Program-made: the position numbers and the translations under genes
Assembly: GCF_963676685.1 (NCBI RefSeq)
Contig: NC_092346.1
Span: forward strand, 16,120,001 to 16,184,000
DNA length: 64,000 bases
Reading direction: 5' to 3'
DNA from: Mytilus edulis
Lineage: Eukaryota
Notes under the pieces: model-generated
Databases searched by the model: none
The model's input: only the letters and a program-made list of their open reading frames with translations
What the model was told of the DNA's origin: nothing
Shown here: piece after piece, positions 35,172-48,544 of the stretch
Numbering within the stretch: the first letter of the stretch is position 1
How the letters are laid out: each line of letters begins with the position of its first letter

Positions 35172-35210
35172 ACGCCTGATGAAGCTAATTTGTTTAGCGA
35201 AATATTGCGT
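35172..35210 (+). ncRNA. Minimal type I hammerhead ribozyme (PLE-associated)
   Basis: ACGC-CTGATGA-A-GCTAA(TTTGT)TTAGC-GAAA-TA-TT-GCGT. Stem I is ACGC/GCGT, stem II is GCTAA/TTAGC, and stem III is a minimal palindrome (AATATT). Confidence 0.75.
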
Positions 35211-36054
35211 ATTTCTATTTAACATCTAATAGAACTTTTTAATGTATCAATTAGTGTGTTTTAGTTATATTCTTAGACATTTATATATATATATATATAA
35301 GTAAACAATCGTGATCATTGATAATATATATGCACACGTACCGAAAAATTGTGTTAAAGCATGCGGAATAATATCTCAAGAAGGTTTTGCGACAATGCCG
35401 GCAAGGACCGATAACTCTGTAATTGTTTTTGCGGGGAAATATGAATGCCTACTCATGTCCAATCTTTTAGAAAATCGAATTTTTACAGAAGAGTGTCCAC
35501 CATGCACTTGCACTGCAATATTATTAGAAAAGTAGAACAGAATGATTTACAAATTGATGAACATATTATATACATGTTACTGTTTTATTAATATAATATA
35601 TAACAACAAACTTGTGAAACTAATTTGTATCACTACAATATAATAGTTATTATGGTGAAGTTGAATTTCCTGGCATTGATTCATCATCCACGCACGAACT
35701 TGTCTCAGAAAAAAATATATCTGTGTACATTAACCTCAGTTTCAGGTATTGAGTTGATTTTTTTTCAGTGACAAGTGCCTTTGACCATCCACAAGAACTT
35801 GCGGTCATTCAAAATTTACTACAATAAAAACAATATTCCAATACCATATTACTGTGTTTTTTTTATTGGTAAACTTTTAAAATGAGTTTTGTATTAAGAA
35901 TTGATAGGTTTATACGCATCGCATCTGAATTTTTTGGTTCGATAAACAACATCATTGTAAAGTTGGGATGTTCTATTACGTTGTAATCAATTTTCTACAT
36001 GTGCTGTATAATTGTGACACAATGTTGAGTATTCTGTCTTATAAATGTTTCAGA

Positions 36055-36239
36055 ATGAAGACAATGTACTCTAAAGTAGCAGTTGGTCTACTTATCATTG
36101 TAGTGTATACTGATGTGGTATTACTTTGTCCAAACAACTGTTCCTGTTACAAACTCCAAGATGGTCGTCACCGTATAGATTGCAACAATCAAGGATTTAC
36201 TTCAATTCCAAGGAACTTTCCAAATGACTCATCCATAAT
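36055..36239 (+). CDS. LRR protein gene, first coding exon: signal peptide + LRRNT
   Basis: MKTMYSKVAVGLLIIVVYTDVVLLCPNNCSCYKLQDGRHRIDCNNQGFTSIPRNFPNDSSI with the CPxxCxC..C pattern. Phase-2 GT donor at 36240. Confidence 0.9.
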
Positions 36240-37034
36240 GTAATATGTTTTCTTAGTCTTTCACCCTTAGCTATTATTTAAAAAGTATTTTAACACACAA
36301 AAGAATGATGATCAAAATATGCTTTTTCTGTAAAAAACAAAAGTCAATAAAAATAAAACAAACAAAAACAATTGTTTGTAGAAAGATATACAACACCATA
36401 TCATATGCCAAACAGGTGTCATCCAAAGTCTTTACAGAGAAGACATCTCAAGAGTTAACATAGAAGAAATGGATTTAAACGTGGTAATTACTATTCAAAT
36501 GATCCAAAATAATGCGGAGGACAAATTTGAAAATTAGTGTCAATCACCTGTTTTTAAAATAGTTCTGACCCTTAGAAATATCAATTATATAGACATTTAC
36601 ATTGTAAGCGCTCTCAAAGGAACATTCCATGTTTATAGGAGTGTTATGAAATTCAGAAATTCATGTCGATCACTCAGTAAAATAATTGAATTATGATCAC
36701 TAAAATTGAAAATATCGGAAGTAAATATAATGTGGGAGGACAATTGTTTTAGAATATTAGCAACTTTACCAAAAAAATATTTTTGCTAAGGAACATACAC
36801 GAACTGCAAAAATGTAAATGTAAAAAATGTTAGTACTTTACTTGTGGTAGCAAGTGTAACATTGGTTGAGAGAACCAAAATTAGGATCAAGATATACAAT
36901 TAAACAAATATTTAATTTCAATTGTTCATTTGTTCATTTTATCCGTGTAATTGTAATAATATTAAATTAGTAAATCTGAAAATAAAGATTGTGATTAATG
37001 TTAATTTTAAAAAATTTAACCCATATGATCTAAT

Positions 37035-37148
37035 TACATGTATGGTCAGCTCGTACTGGACCATACGTGTATGGTCGGACCGTACGAGTATACGTATACG
37101 GTCCGGACCGTACGCGTATGGTCCAAATACTCATATGGTCTGGAACAT
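37035..37148. repeat. Short element made of nested palindromes (GACCATACGTGTATGGTC, GGACCGTACG..TACGGTCC)
   Basis: Directly visible. Confidence 0.7.
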
Positions 37149-38329
37149 TTATAAACTTAATTACGTGCTGTAGTGTTCTTTTATTTGTCTTTGTGAATTA
37201 TCACTTTTAATGATTATTCCATTCTATGAAATATCCCTTTGGCGCTTTTTTTGTCATGATGTTATTTGCAAGATATGCTCCTTTTTTGAATACCGGTCTG
37301 TCATTTTTGCTTTAGTCTCTCCTGATATTTGTGTTTGTTTTGATAGTGATTAGGAATATATTTTAACATCTTTGACTGCTGTACCTCTATTTATTACATT
37401 TTTACCTATTATGTCTTTGTTTTGTTCACATATTGTTGTCAATATAATGGATTTCCCGTTTGAATGGTTTAACACTAGCAATTTTGGGGCCCTTTATAGC
37501 TTTTTGTTCGATGTGAGCCAAGGCTCCGTGTTGAAGGCCGTACATTGACCTCTAATGGTTTACTTTAATAAATTGTTATTTTGATGGAGAGTTGTCTCAT
37601 TAGCACTCACACCACATCTTCCTATATCTATTTATGTGACTGTCATACTGAGACTGAGAGGTTTAGCAAGCAATAAAACCAGATGTATCAATAATTTGTA
37701 TAGGGTTGACAATTGTTTTCTATTCGTTTGATTGGTTTATGCTTTTGAATTTGAATTTTGATAAGGGACGTTCCGTTTCAGATTTTCTTTGGAGATGGGA
37801 AGTTTTGTGTTTGAACGGGGCAAATGTCAATTTTTACAGAAAAATCTATTTTTGGTCTATTTTTTTATGTATAAATTACTGCTTTGGAATAAGACTCGAC
37901 ACAAATAGTTCTATCTAACTTTTTATCATGTTTTTTAATCAACTTCAAAGATTTCTTATCTTTAAAAATTTAACTTAAAAAAATCGGTACAAAAAATGAA
38001 TGTACTTATACAATTCTGATTGGATAACTATTATCCAGATTACAAACAATAACACAATTATCAATCTTTTGATATAAATGATATGAAAATTTCAGCTGTC
38101 AATAATTCTTTATTTTCGTTTTTACTTTTCAAAACATATACCTATTAATTTAATCATGTTACATGTACTCTTCAAGCTCCAGATTTGTATCGGTTGATCC
38201 GTATAATCTGTGTTTAATTTTTTTTTTATAATTTGTAATGTTAATTTGATTCATGTTCTACAGTTTTTAAAGGATAAAGCATTGACTGATTTTTTTTATT
38301 GATACAATTTGGTATGCATCTGGTAATAA

Positions 38330-38626
38330 TTTTATTTCGGATGTAACTCGTCTTCTGATTGGCTGACGTTATTTTTTATCAGCCCATAGACATAATTTAG
38401 TCATGTGACCGTGACGTCATCAAAGTTTTTTCATGGTTTTCTACGGTTTAAAATGGACTTTAGAATTAAATTATAAGAAATGACTGTAATATTTTTTCTG
38501 TCTATTCGAAATAACATAAAAAATGTTGTGCACACTGTTAAATAACCAACTACGCGTTATTCAGTTTGCACCAAATTTTTTATGTTATTTCTTCATAGAC
38601 AGAAAAAATATTACAGTCATTCCTTA
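38330..38626. mobile_element. Non-autonomous element ending in a ~150-bp palindrome (38475-38626)
   Basis: AATGACTGTAATATTTTTTCTGTCTAT ... ATAGACAGAAAAAATATTACAGTCATT arms. Confidence 0.65.
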
Positions 38627-39265
38627 AATAAAAAAAAAATATTTCTATTCATTTAATATGTTGATAAGTTGAATTACCAATATTACAACTGGATCACAGA
38701 TTTTCGTATTATCAATTAATGCTGCGTGATATAGTTTTTTGTCACAAATACCAAATTCATGATTGGTACACATTTTAGCATATCGAAACTAGAACTAATT
38801 TATATTTAGAGGGCAGCTGAAAACCGCCACCGATTGCGGGAATTTCTTGTTGTGCTGAAGATCTATGATGGACTATTATCTGCCCTTTGGTCGCGATGTT
38901 GTCTCGTTGACATATTTCCTATTTCCATTCTCAATATTATTCACATATGATTTGTCATAGTATGCATACTTCTATCAACTCATTATCTTCGATTTTCTAT
39001 CATGTATACGTAAGGAATAAAACATCAATATCAGAAGTTTTGCATGTATTCTAATACACTGTTTGACAACAAATGAAAAAGATAATTAATACGGTAAGAC
39101 TACATCATACAAAAACGGTAATACCACAAACATTTTGAACTTAAGGAAAGCTTCATTTCTTCTCATTGTCAAAGTTGAACTGAGAATTGTGTTTCCACTC
39201 TCTCTGTTTCTAATGAAAATGAATGCACTGGCAATTGAAAGTTGTATTTCTTTTATGTATTACAG

Positions 39266-39337
39266 AAGTGTGGATCTTAATTATATTACCACAATTGAGG
39301 AAGGAGCATTTCAAGATATGCAATTATTAACAATCGT
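39266..39337 (+). CDS. LRR exon 1 (SVDLNYITTIEEGAFQDMQLLTI)
   Basis: 72 bp, cag/gtaagt, phase 2-2, typical LRR consensus. Confidence 0.9.
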
Positions 39338-39929
39338 GTAAGTATTATTTAGTTGTGTTTTATATAAACATTTGGTTATCTATTGAATGTATATATATTT
39401 TCAGGTTAGTGCTTAGCGACGGGAATACAAATTTGTATGAAACATAAAAAAGTGATGCGTATATATTTTTTTATTTATAATGTTAACGCTTGCAATTATG
39501 CATATCTACAAAATCTTGAATTAGCCGTCTGACTTTTAAATACGGTTCATCATAAAGTATTGATCATGCAGGCAATACAATGTATATGATCTTTTTGTTT
39601 AGTCAACAGTTATTCACCTGCAATTAACTAAGTTATAAAAGTATCTCCATACATGATGCTTCATTTCTTAGATGCCATTGCTGATGTACGGGTAGCTCCA
39701 ATGATATCCCTGACTAACGCATTACTTGTTACTGGTTGCTGCAAATGAAATACGGAAAAGTTAAATATTGCAGTTTAAGGAAATGATTATTTGTCGAAAT
39801 TTCATACAGTTAAATTTGAACTTGATTTTTTTATTGGTTATATATATTGTTTTGAATGGTTCATTAATATAGATTTAATCATCGTTTGCACAATTTTATG
39901 TTTAAGCAGAATAAAATTTTATGTTTTAG

Positions 39930-40001
39930 CTCAATCTGGTTAAGTGAACTATCAACCATTGAGACTGGTGCATTTAGAGCTTTGCCAAATCTTATAAACA
40001 T
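39930..40001 (+). CDS. LRR exon 2 (SIWLSELSTIETGAFRALPNLIN)
   Basis: 72 bp, tag/gtaagt, phase 2-2. Confidence 0.88.
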
Positions 40002-42219
40002 GTAAGTATTTTTCATTTCTAAACGTTTTCAGTATAACCGGTATTCTATATTAGCAACAGGCATGTCCCTATTGAATATGATTGTTTAAAAAAAAGGAAA
40101 CAGTCCAGAATAATTATCTTTGTCTTAAAAAATGAATGTTTTCACAGCTGATTATTGGATGAAATATTCTGAAAGTAATTTTATATTATAAAGTTTTATT
40201 AAAAAGGGACAAACGATACCAAAGAGACAATCACACTCATAAATCGAAAGTAAACTGACAATTACGTGGCTAAAAAAGTTAAAGACCAACAGACAAACCG
40301 GCAAACAGACAAACAGACAAACAAATCAAGAACAATAAAAAAAAAAACCCAACATGGAACACTACAGACTGAGCTAAAAAACTAAAAATGGGGTTGATCT
40401 CATATGTCCGGAAATATAAGCAGATTCGACTCCATATTTTGAGGTCATTATGTTTCTTGTGTTAGTACGGACCCGATAATATGTCTTATTCGATGATATT
40501 CCATTTCGGTCAACCGAATTCGTAAAATTAACCAAAAAATGATTTCAAATTCACCACTTGGAACTCTCTGCCAAGGAAATCTTGATATGAAAGTCAAGCC
40601 CTGAAATGTCGTATCAACTTAGAGAGGGGGAGGGTGTGTGAGAAATGTTTTTGAACACGAAAGAAGTTTTCTTGTTATACCAAACATATGTTTTCCGGAA
40701 TATGGTTACTCTAAATGAACTCTCAATTAGTTTAATTATCTAATTACAGTTCATACTTACCCGTTTTGCAATTGCTGTATCACCCCTTGCATCTATTCCT
40801 CTAGTCGCGTCTTATCATGTGTGTTGGTAAAGTTTTGTGATCCTAATAAGGCTGTTTGGTGGTATTTTTTTGTTTGTTTGTAAGATTAACATTCACCATT
40901 TTTTTGGTTTGAATTAGTGTTGTAGTTTTAATACGTATAAGTTGTATCGGGCCTATTCGAAGTTTCTATCAGAAGTGCCGTATTTTTTGTTATTTCATTC
41001 TTTACAGAAAATGAATCAATTTGGTCGAAAAAAATAGGGGGTCACGGACCATTTCAGCTCAAAATTCACTTTTAAACATGTATGTAAAAAGGACCATTTT
41101 TCAATTAAATGATAGAGAAAATAAAGGTGTTGACATATTTTTATCGGAATATCAAAAAAACGTTCTACGGCACTTGGTCCAAAACTGAAATATAAAAAAA
41201 ACGGAAATATATAGCTTCAAAGAGTGAGAAAATAAAAAAACATTGGTCACCGATAAGGCAAAAAAAAAAGATTTTGCCTTAAAACCCAAATTTTGGCGGG
41301 AAATGGGGAAAATGTGTGAAATGTCATTTTGAGCCTTTAAAAGATACACATAAGAACGAAAATAATCTTTTAGTGACATAAATACAACGATTTAACATTT
41401 TATATCAATCAAAATATTTAAAAAAAATAGTTTCGACAAATACTTTTCGTGTGCATTGTAATTCATGCGTTAAATTATGCGCAGTCGAATAGTTCCGATC
41501 CACCTTAAGTAACTTTAAAATTTGCGCAGACATAATACTGATATTGTTTATTGGTCAATCATCAACTAGATTTAATTAACGATATTGATATTAATTTTGG
41601 ATTGAAGAATAACACATGTCATTTTGCATCCAGCGTTTAGGAAAGTATATGTATTAAGTCCAGGACTTTTCTGAAAAAAAATTGTACGAGTTACTAGAGT
41701 TGTATTATAACTGTTGATCGTTTTGCAATTTTTGAATGTAAATGAAAAATTCGTGTATGAAGTAGCGCAATTTATATTTGTGTATATGACGGTTTGATTT
41801 TTATAACCATTTATCTGTCCAAATATCCTTTAGTTATATCAGCCTCAGACACTTGTTTTGTCAAAGAAAATGATAAATCGAAAATCTTATATAAATATTC
41901 ATTTACGTTTCGATAATGAAGTTTATCGACATGTTGTATTTATTTGTATGCATCAATTGTGCCCATTTTAACTGCGCATAGCAGACTTGTTTCTATTCTG
42001 TTATTAATCACAAATTATTGCAATTGAAAACCCGTCTAAATTCCAATGCACATAAAAAAAAACCACTTACACCAAATAATAAAATGACCAGAGGTTATAG
42101 AATTATAACACACAAACAATGAGACGATTAATGAACAGCTGCGACTATATAAATGCATCAGGAAATCAATATTGCAATAAGTCATATAATACAGACAAAC
42201 TATCGTTTATTCATTACAG

Positions 42220-42291
42220 AGACTTGTACACAAATCGGATAACTATATTAGAACCAGGAACTTTTAAAGACTTACCACGGCTAGCTTCGAT
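42220..42291 (+). CDS. LRR exon 3 (DLYTNRITILEPGTFKDLPRLAS)
   Basis: 72 bp, cag/gtatgt, phase 2-2. Confidence 0.9.
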
Positions 42292-44858
42292 GTATGTATA
42301 CATTTTTTTAAAACATGTTATTTACTTGTTATCCACATATTTGTTTTTACACAATAACATATTTTTAATAAAGCTGTTTTACTATCTCTATTCTCTCATT
42401 CTACTTACAGTCAATTTATTTCAAATAAAAAACAAACAAAATATTCAGCCAAAAATATTTGGTGAGCGTTTTTGGGTTCACGAGTTGTATTTTCTTTAAG
42501 AAAAAAAATGTTTTTTTTCTCTTCTGGAAACTATATTAATTTAGTATTCCTTTTACAAGGTGTTTGATATACTCAATATCTTATTCCATTAACAGTGTCT
42601 TATTTTACATCAAAATCAAAAATAAATTCCGTAAAAAATATTTGGTGACCGCTCAGCGTTGTAGGGTTTGCGAACTGCTTTTCTTTTTTTAAAAGATCGC
42701 AACTTCTTATTTATTAATTTTTCATTATTGTTTTCTTTTTTAAAGGAGTTTAGACTATTGTACACTGTTTATTTTAAGTTTTTACTGACAAGTGTTGTTA
42801 TAATCAGTTCAATAGTTTTAGAAAAATATAGTATAATAAAAAAACGACATTTATAGCATATCGGAAAAAAATCTAAATCAAGCTGCATCTCGATAGAATA
42901 TCGTGTGGACCAATAAAAGATCAAATATTTAATAAATGTTTTGTTGGAACTAACATTTATTCATAAGTGACAGAAATGTGATAATAGATGAGTAATTGAA
43001 GTCTTCAAGCTAAATGAACTGTCCATATAAAAGCTTACTGACTAAATGTTGGTTTATATACGTCTTCAGGGTGAACTTAAATTTACGCCGCGTTTTGGAG
43101 TGAGACACAAAAAGCTTCTCTTCAAATGAACAATGTCTTGAAAATGCTTTGAAAAAGGATTTCATTAACTTAAAACTGTATAGTTTCGAAATTATTGCTG
43201 AGGGAATTTTTTTTTATCATAGCAAAATATAAGAAATAAGGAGAAAAATTCAGAAAAAGCTCCCCAACTCACTGAGTGTGGCTTTCTCTGTGTATTTATA
43301 TGAATGGTTCAGCCTATTTCAAAGCAATTTTCTCATAAAATGTGTTTTGAGACTAAATCCGTTCTAAATATTTCATTTTTGTAATATTTAACTGAAACAA
43401 CATAAAATTTGACAAACAAGAGTACACCCAAGACCAAAGGTTTATGAACAGCTTTTCCTGTGTACGTTTGACAACGAAACCCATTTAAGGTGTTATACAT
43501 ATAGTATCCCCTATAAGTATTTGTTATTTTTGCACTCTTCAAAAAAATGTGTGAAATTTATCTTTGTTTTAAATACTTGGCATGAATAAAGTTTCATCTT
43601 GTCCAGTACTTTAGAAAAAAAATCACATAATGTATATAAGAAAATAACCATCGCAGAAAGTTAACCAATCAAATGTCCACCCTTTTTCCTTCCTGTGTAC
43701 AAGCTTAAGCTACCATGATATCTCAAGTTTCAAAAATTTGTATAGAAATACCAAATAAAAAAAAAATGGTGTTTTGAAAAACTCAAGATATATTTCTATA
43801 ATACAGATTAATGCAATGAAATGCAGGGAAAATTTCATACAACTGTGAAATTCAAAGGTGACGTACCATGATTAGGGGTTATTTCACATATATGATGTTC
43901 TATTTTAGTTTTATCGAAAAATGCCTTCAAAAATGTGCATGTCAAAATATAATGTTCATAATCTTCAAAGACATAACAAAATATAAAGAACATCTAGTTA
44001 CTTTCCAAGAGAAAAGTAATTTTCATCTTAAAATTTACAAGTAATTCTCTTATATATAGTTAGAGATAAAGAACCGAATTTGTTCTCTTTTGCATTTTTT
44101 TTGCTTCTGAAATTTTCTAACTTAAGCATTTGGTCCCATTTTTTGAAATCCTATTGGTTTCTCTTCATATCAATTTAGTCGGAAAATGTAAATGTCTAAG
44201 GATGCTTTTTTTAAATTGATACCATAAAAATGCTGAATTCCGAGGAAAATTCATAAAGGAAAGTCCTTAATTAAATGCCAAAATTAAAAGTTCAAACAAT
44301 CGATCGAATGGATAACAACTATCATATTCCTGACTTGCCACAGACATTTTCTTATGTTGAACATTGTGAATAAAACCTGGTTGTATAGCTAGTTAAACCT
44401 CTCACTTGTATGCCAGTTGTATCACATTCCATTATATTGAAAACAATTTGTGAACAGAACAAACAGACATAATACATTGTAATAGGTCGTATAAATCGTA
44501 AAAATGTTAAAAATAGGGGTACAGCAGTCAACATTGTGTTATAATCTTAATCACTATAAAAGAAACATAAAAGAAACACATTCAGGCATATAGACAAAGC
44601 ACATTAGCAAAAATTAAAAACAAGAATACAAAACAAATTAACAAATCACACTTACCCAATGACGGGATGTGTTATAAGTGCAAAACCACGTCATGTGCAT
44701 CAAAGAAACACAAAAGGGCAATAAGACAAAGCACATCAGCAAAACATAAGAACAAACATACAAAAGGTTTATAACAACACAAGGACGAGGTGTATAAGTA
44801 CCGGGCCACTTCATATGTATCAAAGAAACAAAAAAAGGCATATAGACAAAGCACTTAA

Positions 44859-45451
44859 GGTGGTATTGGTGTCTTCCTCCATCTTGGATTGTAAAAAACG
44901 GGAAACAAAGGTCCAGATTTTCTATCAAGTTAGCAAAATGTGATGCAGGAATGCAGATATTAAATGTGAATTTTTATTGAAAAGAACCAATTTATAAGAA
45001 TACAACTTATAAATATTAATACTTTTGCAAATATTGATTATTTTTTGTTGTTTATAAAAAAAAAGAAATTGTCATTTTAAGGGGAGGTAACTCTAAAACA
45101 GTGCATTTTCTGAAGGATTCTACATGGAATTTTTCTATTTTGAATTTTAGCCGGAAAAAACATACGGTGACCCTATCTTTTCTTTTTTGATATTCTCAAA
45201 GCATTGTTTGAAAGCTATCTTTTGCTTAAGTATTTAACAATTCTATCATTTTGTTTAGTTTTTAATCCCAAAATGGTGTTTTTTCCTGTATAAACCATAC
45301 AAAATGTGTCATTTTGTCACGTCCTGTAGCTTGAAAAAATACGCGGTGACCTATCATTTTTATTATATTTTTCAACATATATCAATAGATATTACGTTTT
45401 GGCGAAGTATGAACAAATTCTATCATTTTTATTTTAAACTCCCATACCACC
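44859..45451. mobile_element. Non-autonomous Kolobok-like DNA transposon nested in an older repeat (~44220-45600)
   Basis: TTAA-GGTGGTAT ... ATACCACC-TTAA. A TTAA TSD with purine-purine termini fits Kolobok. Confidence 0.75.
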
Positions 45452-46308
45452 TTAAGCAAAAATGAATAACAAGAATACCTTTTGTTTTACAATAGCACAA
45501 CAACACAATGACGGGATGCATAAGTACATAGTCACGTTAACCAAAAGAAAGACTAAACATTAAAAGTTATATTCATATCGACAAAAAAAAAAAACTATAA
45601 CTACGTTATTAAGATGGTAAACAATGTCAATACCAAGAATCTAAACTTTGAGACCATCACATATTGTTTGTGAAGTTGAAACGGAATTTTTATCAACACG
45701 GTCTTGGTTTCTTCCGAGACGTTCTTTGACAATTCCCTGGTTTCCTTTTCTATTGTTATATTTAGATTCGGAGTCAGTAGCAACTTTTGTTTTATTTTTT
45801 TTAATGGATTTTTTTTTAGTTTGCTTTTCTTCATTGTCAATGAATTGGTACAACTACTTTTACTCTTTCTATTGTGTTGTTCCATATACAAATATTGATA
45901 TGACGTAACATAACTGCTATTTGGTAGGATGAATGATTAAACAATGATAATCTTACCTAATATAGTTAATTTTCCTTTATTCCAGTGTTTTGTTCAGATT
46001 TTTTGTACTGTGTTTGTTTATTTTAATTTCATTCCAAAATATATTCCCATACTTCACTTAGTTCTTAACTGCACTGAATGTTTTCAACTTCATCGTAACA
46101 AGACTCTTAATCACCTTGCCAAATTCCCTTTTTTCTATTTCTATTCATCTTTAAGTAATGGTTTTAATATCAATTTTAATTTGAAAAGTATTAAATATTT
46201 TATCTTGCTTTAATCTACATGCCAAATCAAGCCAATCTTCAATATATGTTTGTAAAAAAATTATTTATCAACCTCAATACATATTTTTGAAAGCAAAATT
46301 TCCATTCT

Positions 46309-48544
46309 TGTCCAGTGCACGATGATTAATCAATATTGTAGACATCGCAATATCTTCAATTTTATCAACACGATATTGTGTCAACATTGTTTACATTGTT
46401 TGAACCCTTATATATTGTTTACATCGTTGACATCGTTAACATCGCGATGTATACAATCTAGAAAAAAATATAGTGTTTACATTGTTTCCATCGCGATGTA
46501 TACAATGTTAACACGACGTTGTGTCAACATCGTATACATTGTTTGAACTATAATATATTGTTTACATCGTTGACATCGTTAACATCGCGATGCATACAAT
46601 GTTAACAATATGTTATGTCAACATCGTATACATTGTTTGAACCTTTATATATTGTTTACATCGCATAAATCGTTAACATCACGATGTTTACAATGTTGAC
46701 ACGATGTTGTGTTAACATCGTATACTTTGTTTGAACCCTTATATATGGTTTACATCGTTGACATCGTTTATATCGCGATTTATACAATGTTAAAACGATG
46801 TTTTGTCAACATCGTATACTTTGTTTGAACCCTTATATATTGTTTACATCATTGACATCGTTAACATCGCGATGCATACAATGTTAACAAAATGTGTCAA
46901 CATCGTATACATTGTTTGAACTATAATATATTGTTTACATCGTTGACATCATTAACATCGCGATGTATACACTGTTAACATGATGTTATGTCAACATCGT
47001 ATACATTGTTTGAACCTTTATATATTGTTTACATCGCATACATCGTTAACATCACGATGTTTACAATGTTGACACGATGTTGTGTTAACATCGTATACTT
47101 TGTTTGAACCCTTATATATGGTTTACATCGTTGACATCGTTTATATCGCGATTTATACAATGTTAAAACGATGTTTTGTCAACATCGTATACTTTGTTTG
47201 AACCTTTATATATTGTTTACATCGCATACATCGTTAACATCACGATGTTTACAATGTTGACACGATGTTGTGTCAACATCGTATTCTTTGTTTTAATCCT
47301 TATATATGGTTTACATCGTTGAAATCGGTAACATCGCGATTTATACAATGTAAAGACGATGTTGTGTCATCATCGTTTACATTGTCTTAACTCTTATATA
47401 TTGTTTACATCGTTGACATCGTTAACATCGCGATGTATACAATTTTAACATGATGTTGTGTCATCATCGTTTACATTGTCTTAACTCTTATATATAGTTT
47501 TTACATCGTTGACATCGTAGGCATCGTGCTGTATACAATGTTAAAAAGATTTTATGTTTACATTGTCTACATCGTCATATAAACTATGTTGACACTATTT
47601 TGTGTCAACTAGAGCTATAACATCACATTTTTGTTAAAAGATTTGTTATCAAAAAACATAAAAATCCAAACTGTATACATGTAATCCACAAACTTTATTG
47701 AATAATATCAATGAATAAAAAAACTTTTTGTTGAATATTGTCAACATCACAATGTATACGATGTGAACGATGTTAATACAAAGGTATAGACTTGGTACAC
47801 ATTGTTTATACGATGTTGACGATGTAAATGATGTATAGACGATATTGTCAACATCACGATGTAAACGATGTTAACGATGTAAACAGAAAGTTATAGAGTC
47901 GATATACAACATAAACACGACGCGATATTGTCAACATTGCGATGTATACGATGTGAACGATGTAAACACAAAGGTAAAGACTTGGTTCACAACATCTATA
48001 CGATGTTGACGATGTAAAAACGATATTGTCAACATCACGATGTGTACGATGTGAACGATGTAAACACAAAGGTATGGACTCTATATTCAATATAAACACG
48101 ATGTTGACACGATATTGTTAACATCACAATGTATATGATGTGAACGATGTAAACACAAAGGTTAACACTTGGTTCACAACATCTATACAATGTTGACAAT
48201 GTAAAAACGATATTGTCAAGTCACGGTGTATACGATGTAAACGATGTAAACACAAAAGTAAAGACTTGGTTCACAACATCTATGCAATGTTGACAATGTA
48301 AAAACGATATTGTCAACATTACGATGTATACGATGTCAACGATGTAAAAAGAAAGTTATAGAGTCGATATACAACAAAAACACGATGTTGACACGACATT
48401 GATAACATCACGAATATACGATGTAAACAATGTAAACACAAAGGTACAGAACATATAGATAGGATACAATGTAAACACAATAATGACACTATAAAGTTGA
48501 CATTGCGATGTTGACAATAACGACAAAACATCGTGCACTGGACA
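46309..48544. mobile_element. TIR element whose two arms are expanded into opposite-orientation satellite arrays
   Basis: 16-bp TIR TGTCCAGTGCACGATG / CATCGTGCACTGGACA. The left arm is a ~88-bp tandem unit built of ACATCGTTGA-like 10-mers; the right arm has the same motifs inverted. Confidence 0.75.

Larger units (their letters stand above)
32844..35287 (+). mobile_element. 5'-truncated Penelope-like element (Naiad-like, (TA)n-targeting)
   Basis: RT-EN ORF and a 3' UTR with a hammerhead, ending in (TA)n. The Naiad assignment is an inference from motifs and TA targeting. Confidence 0.92.
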
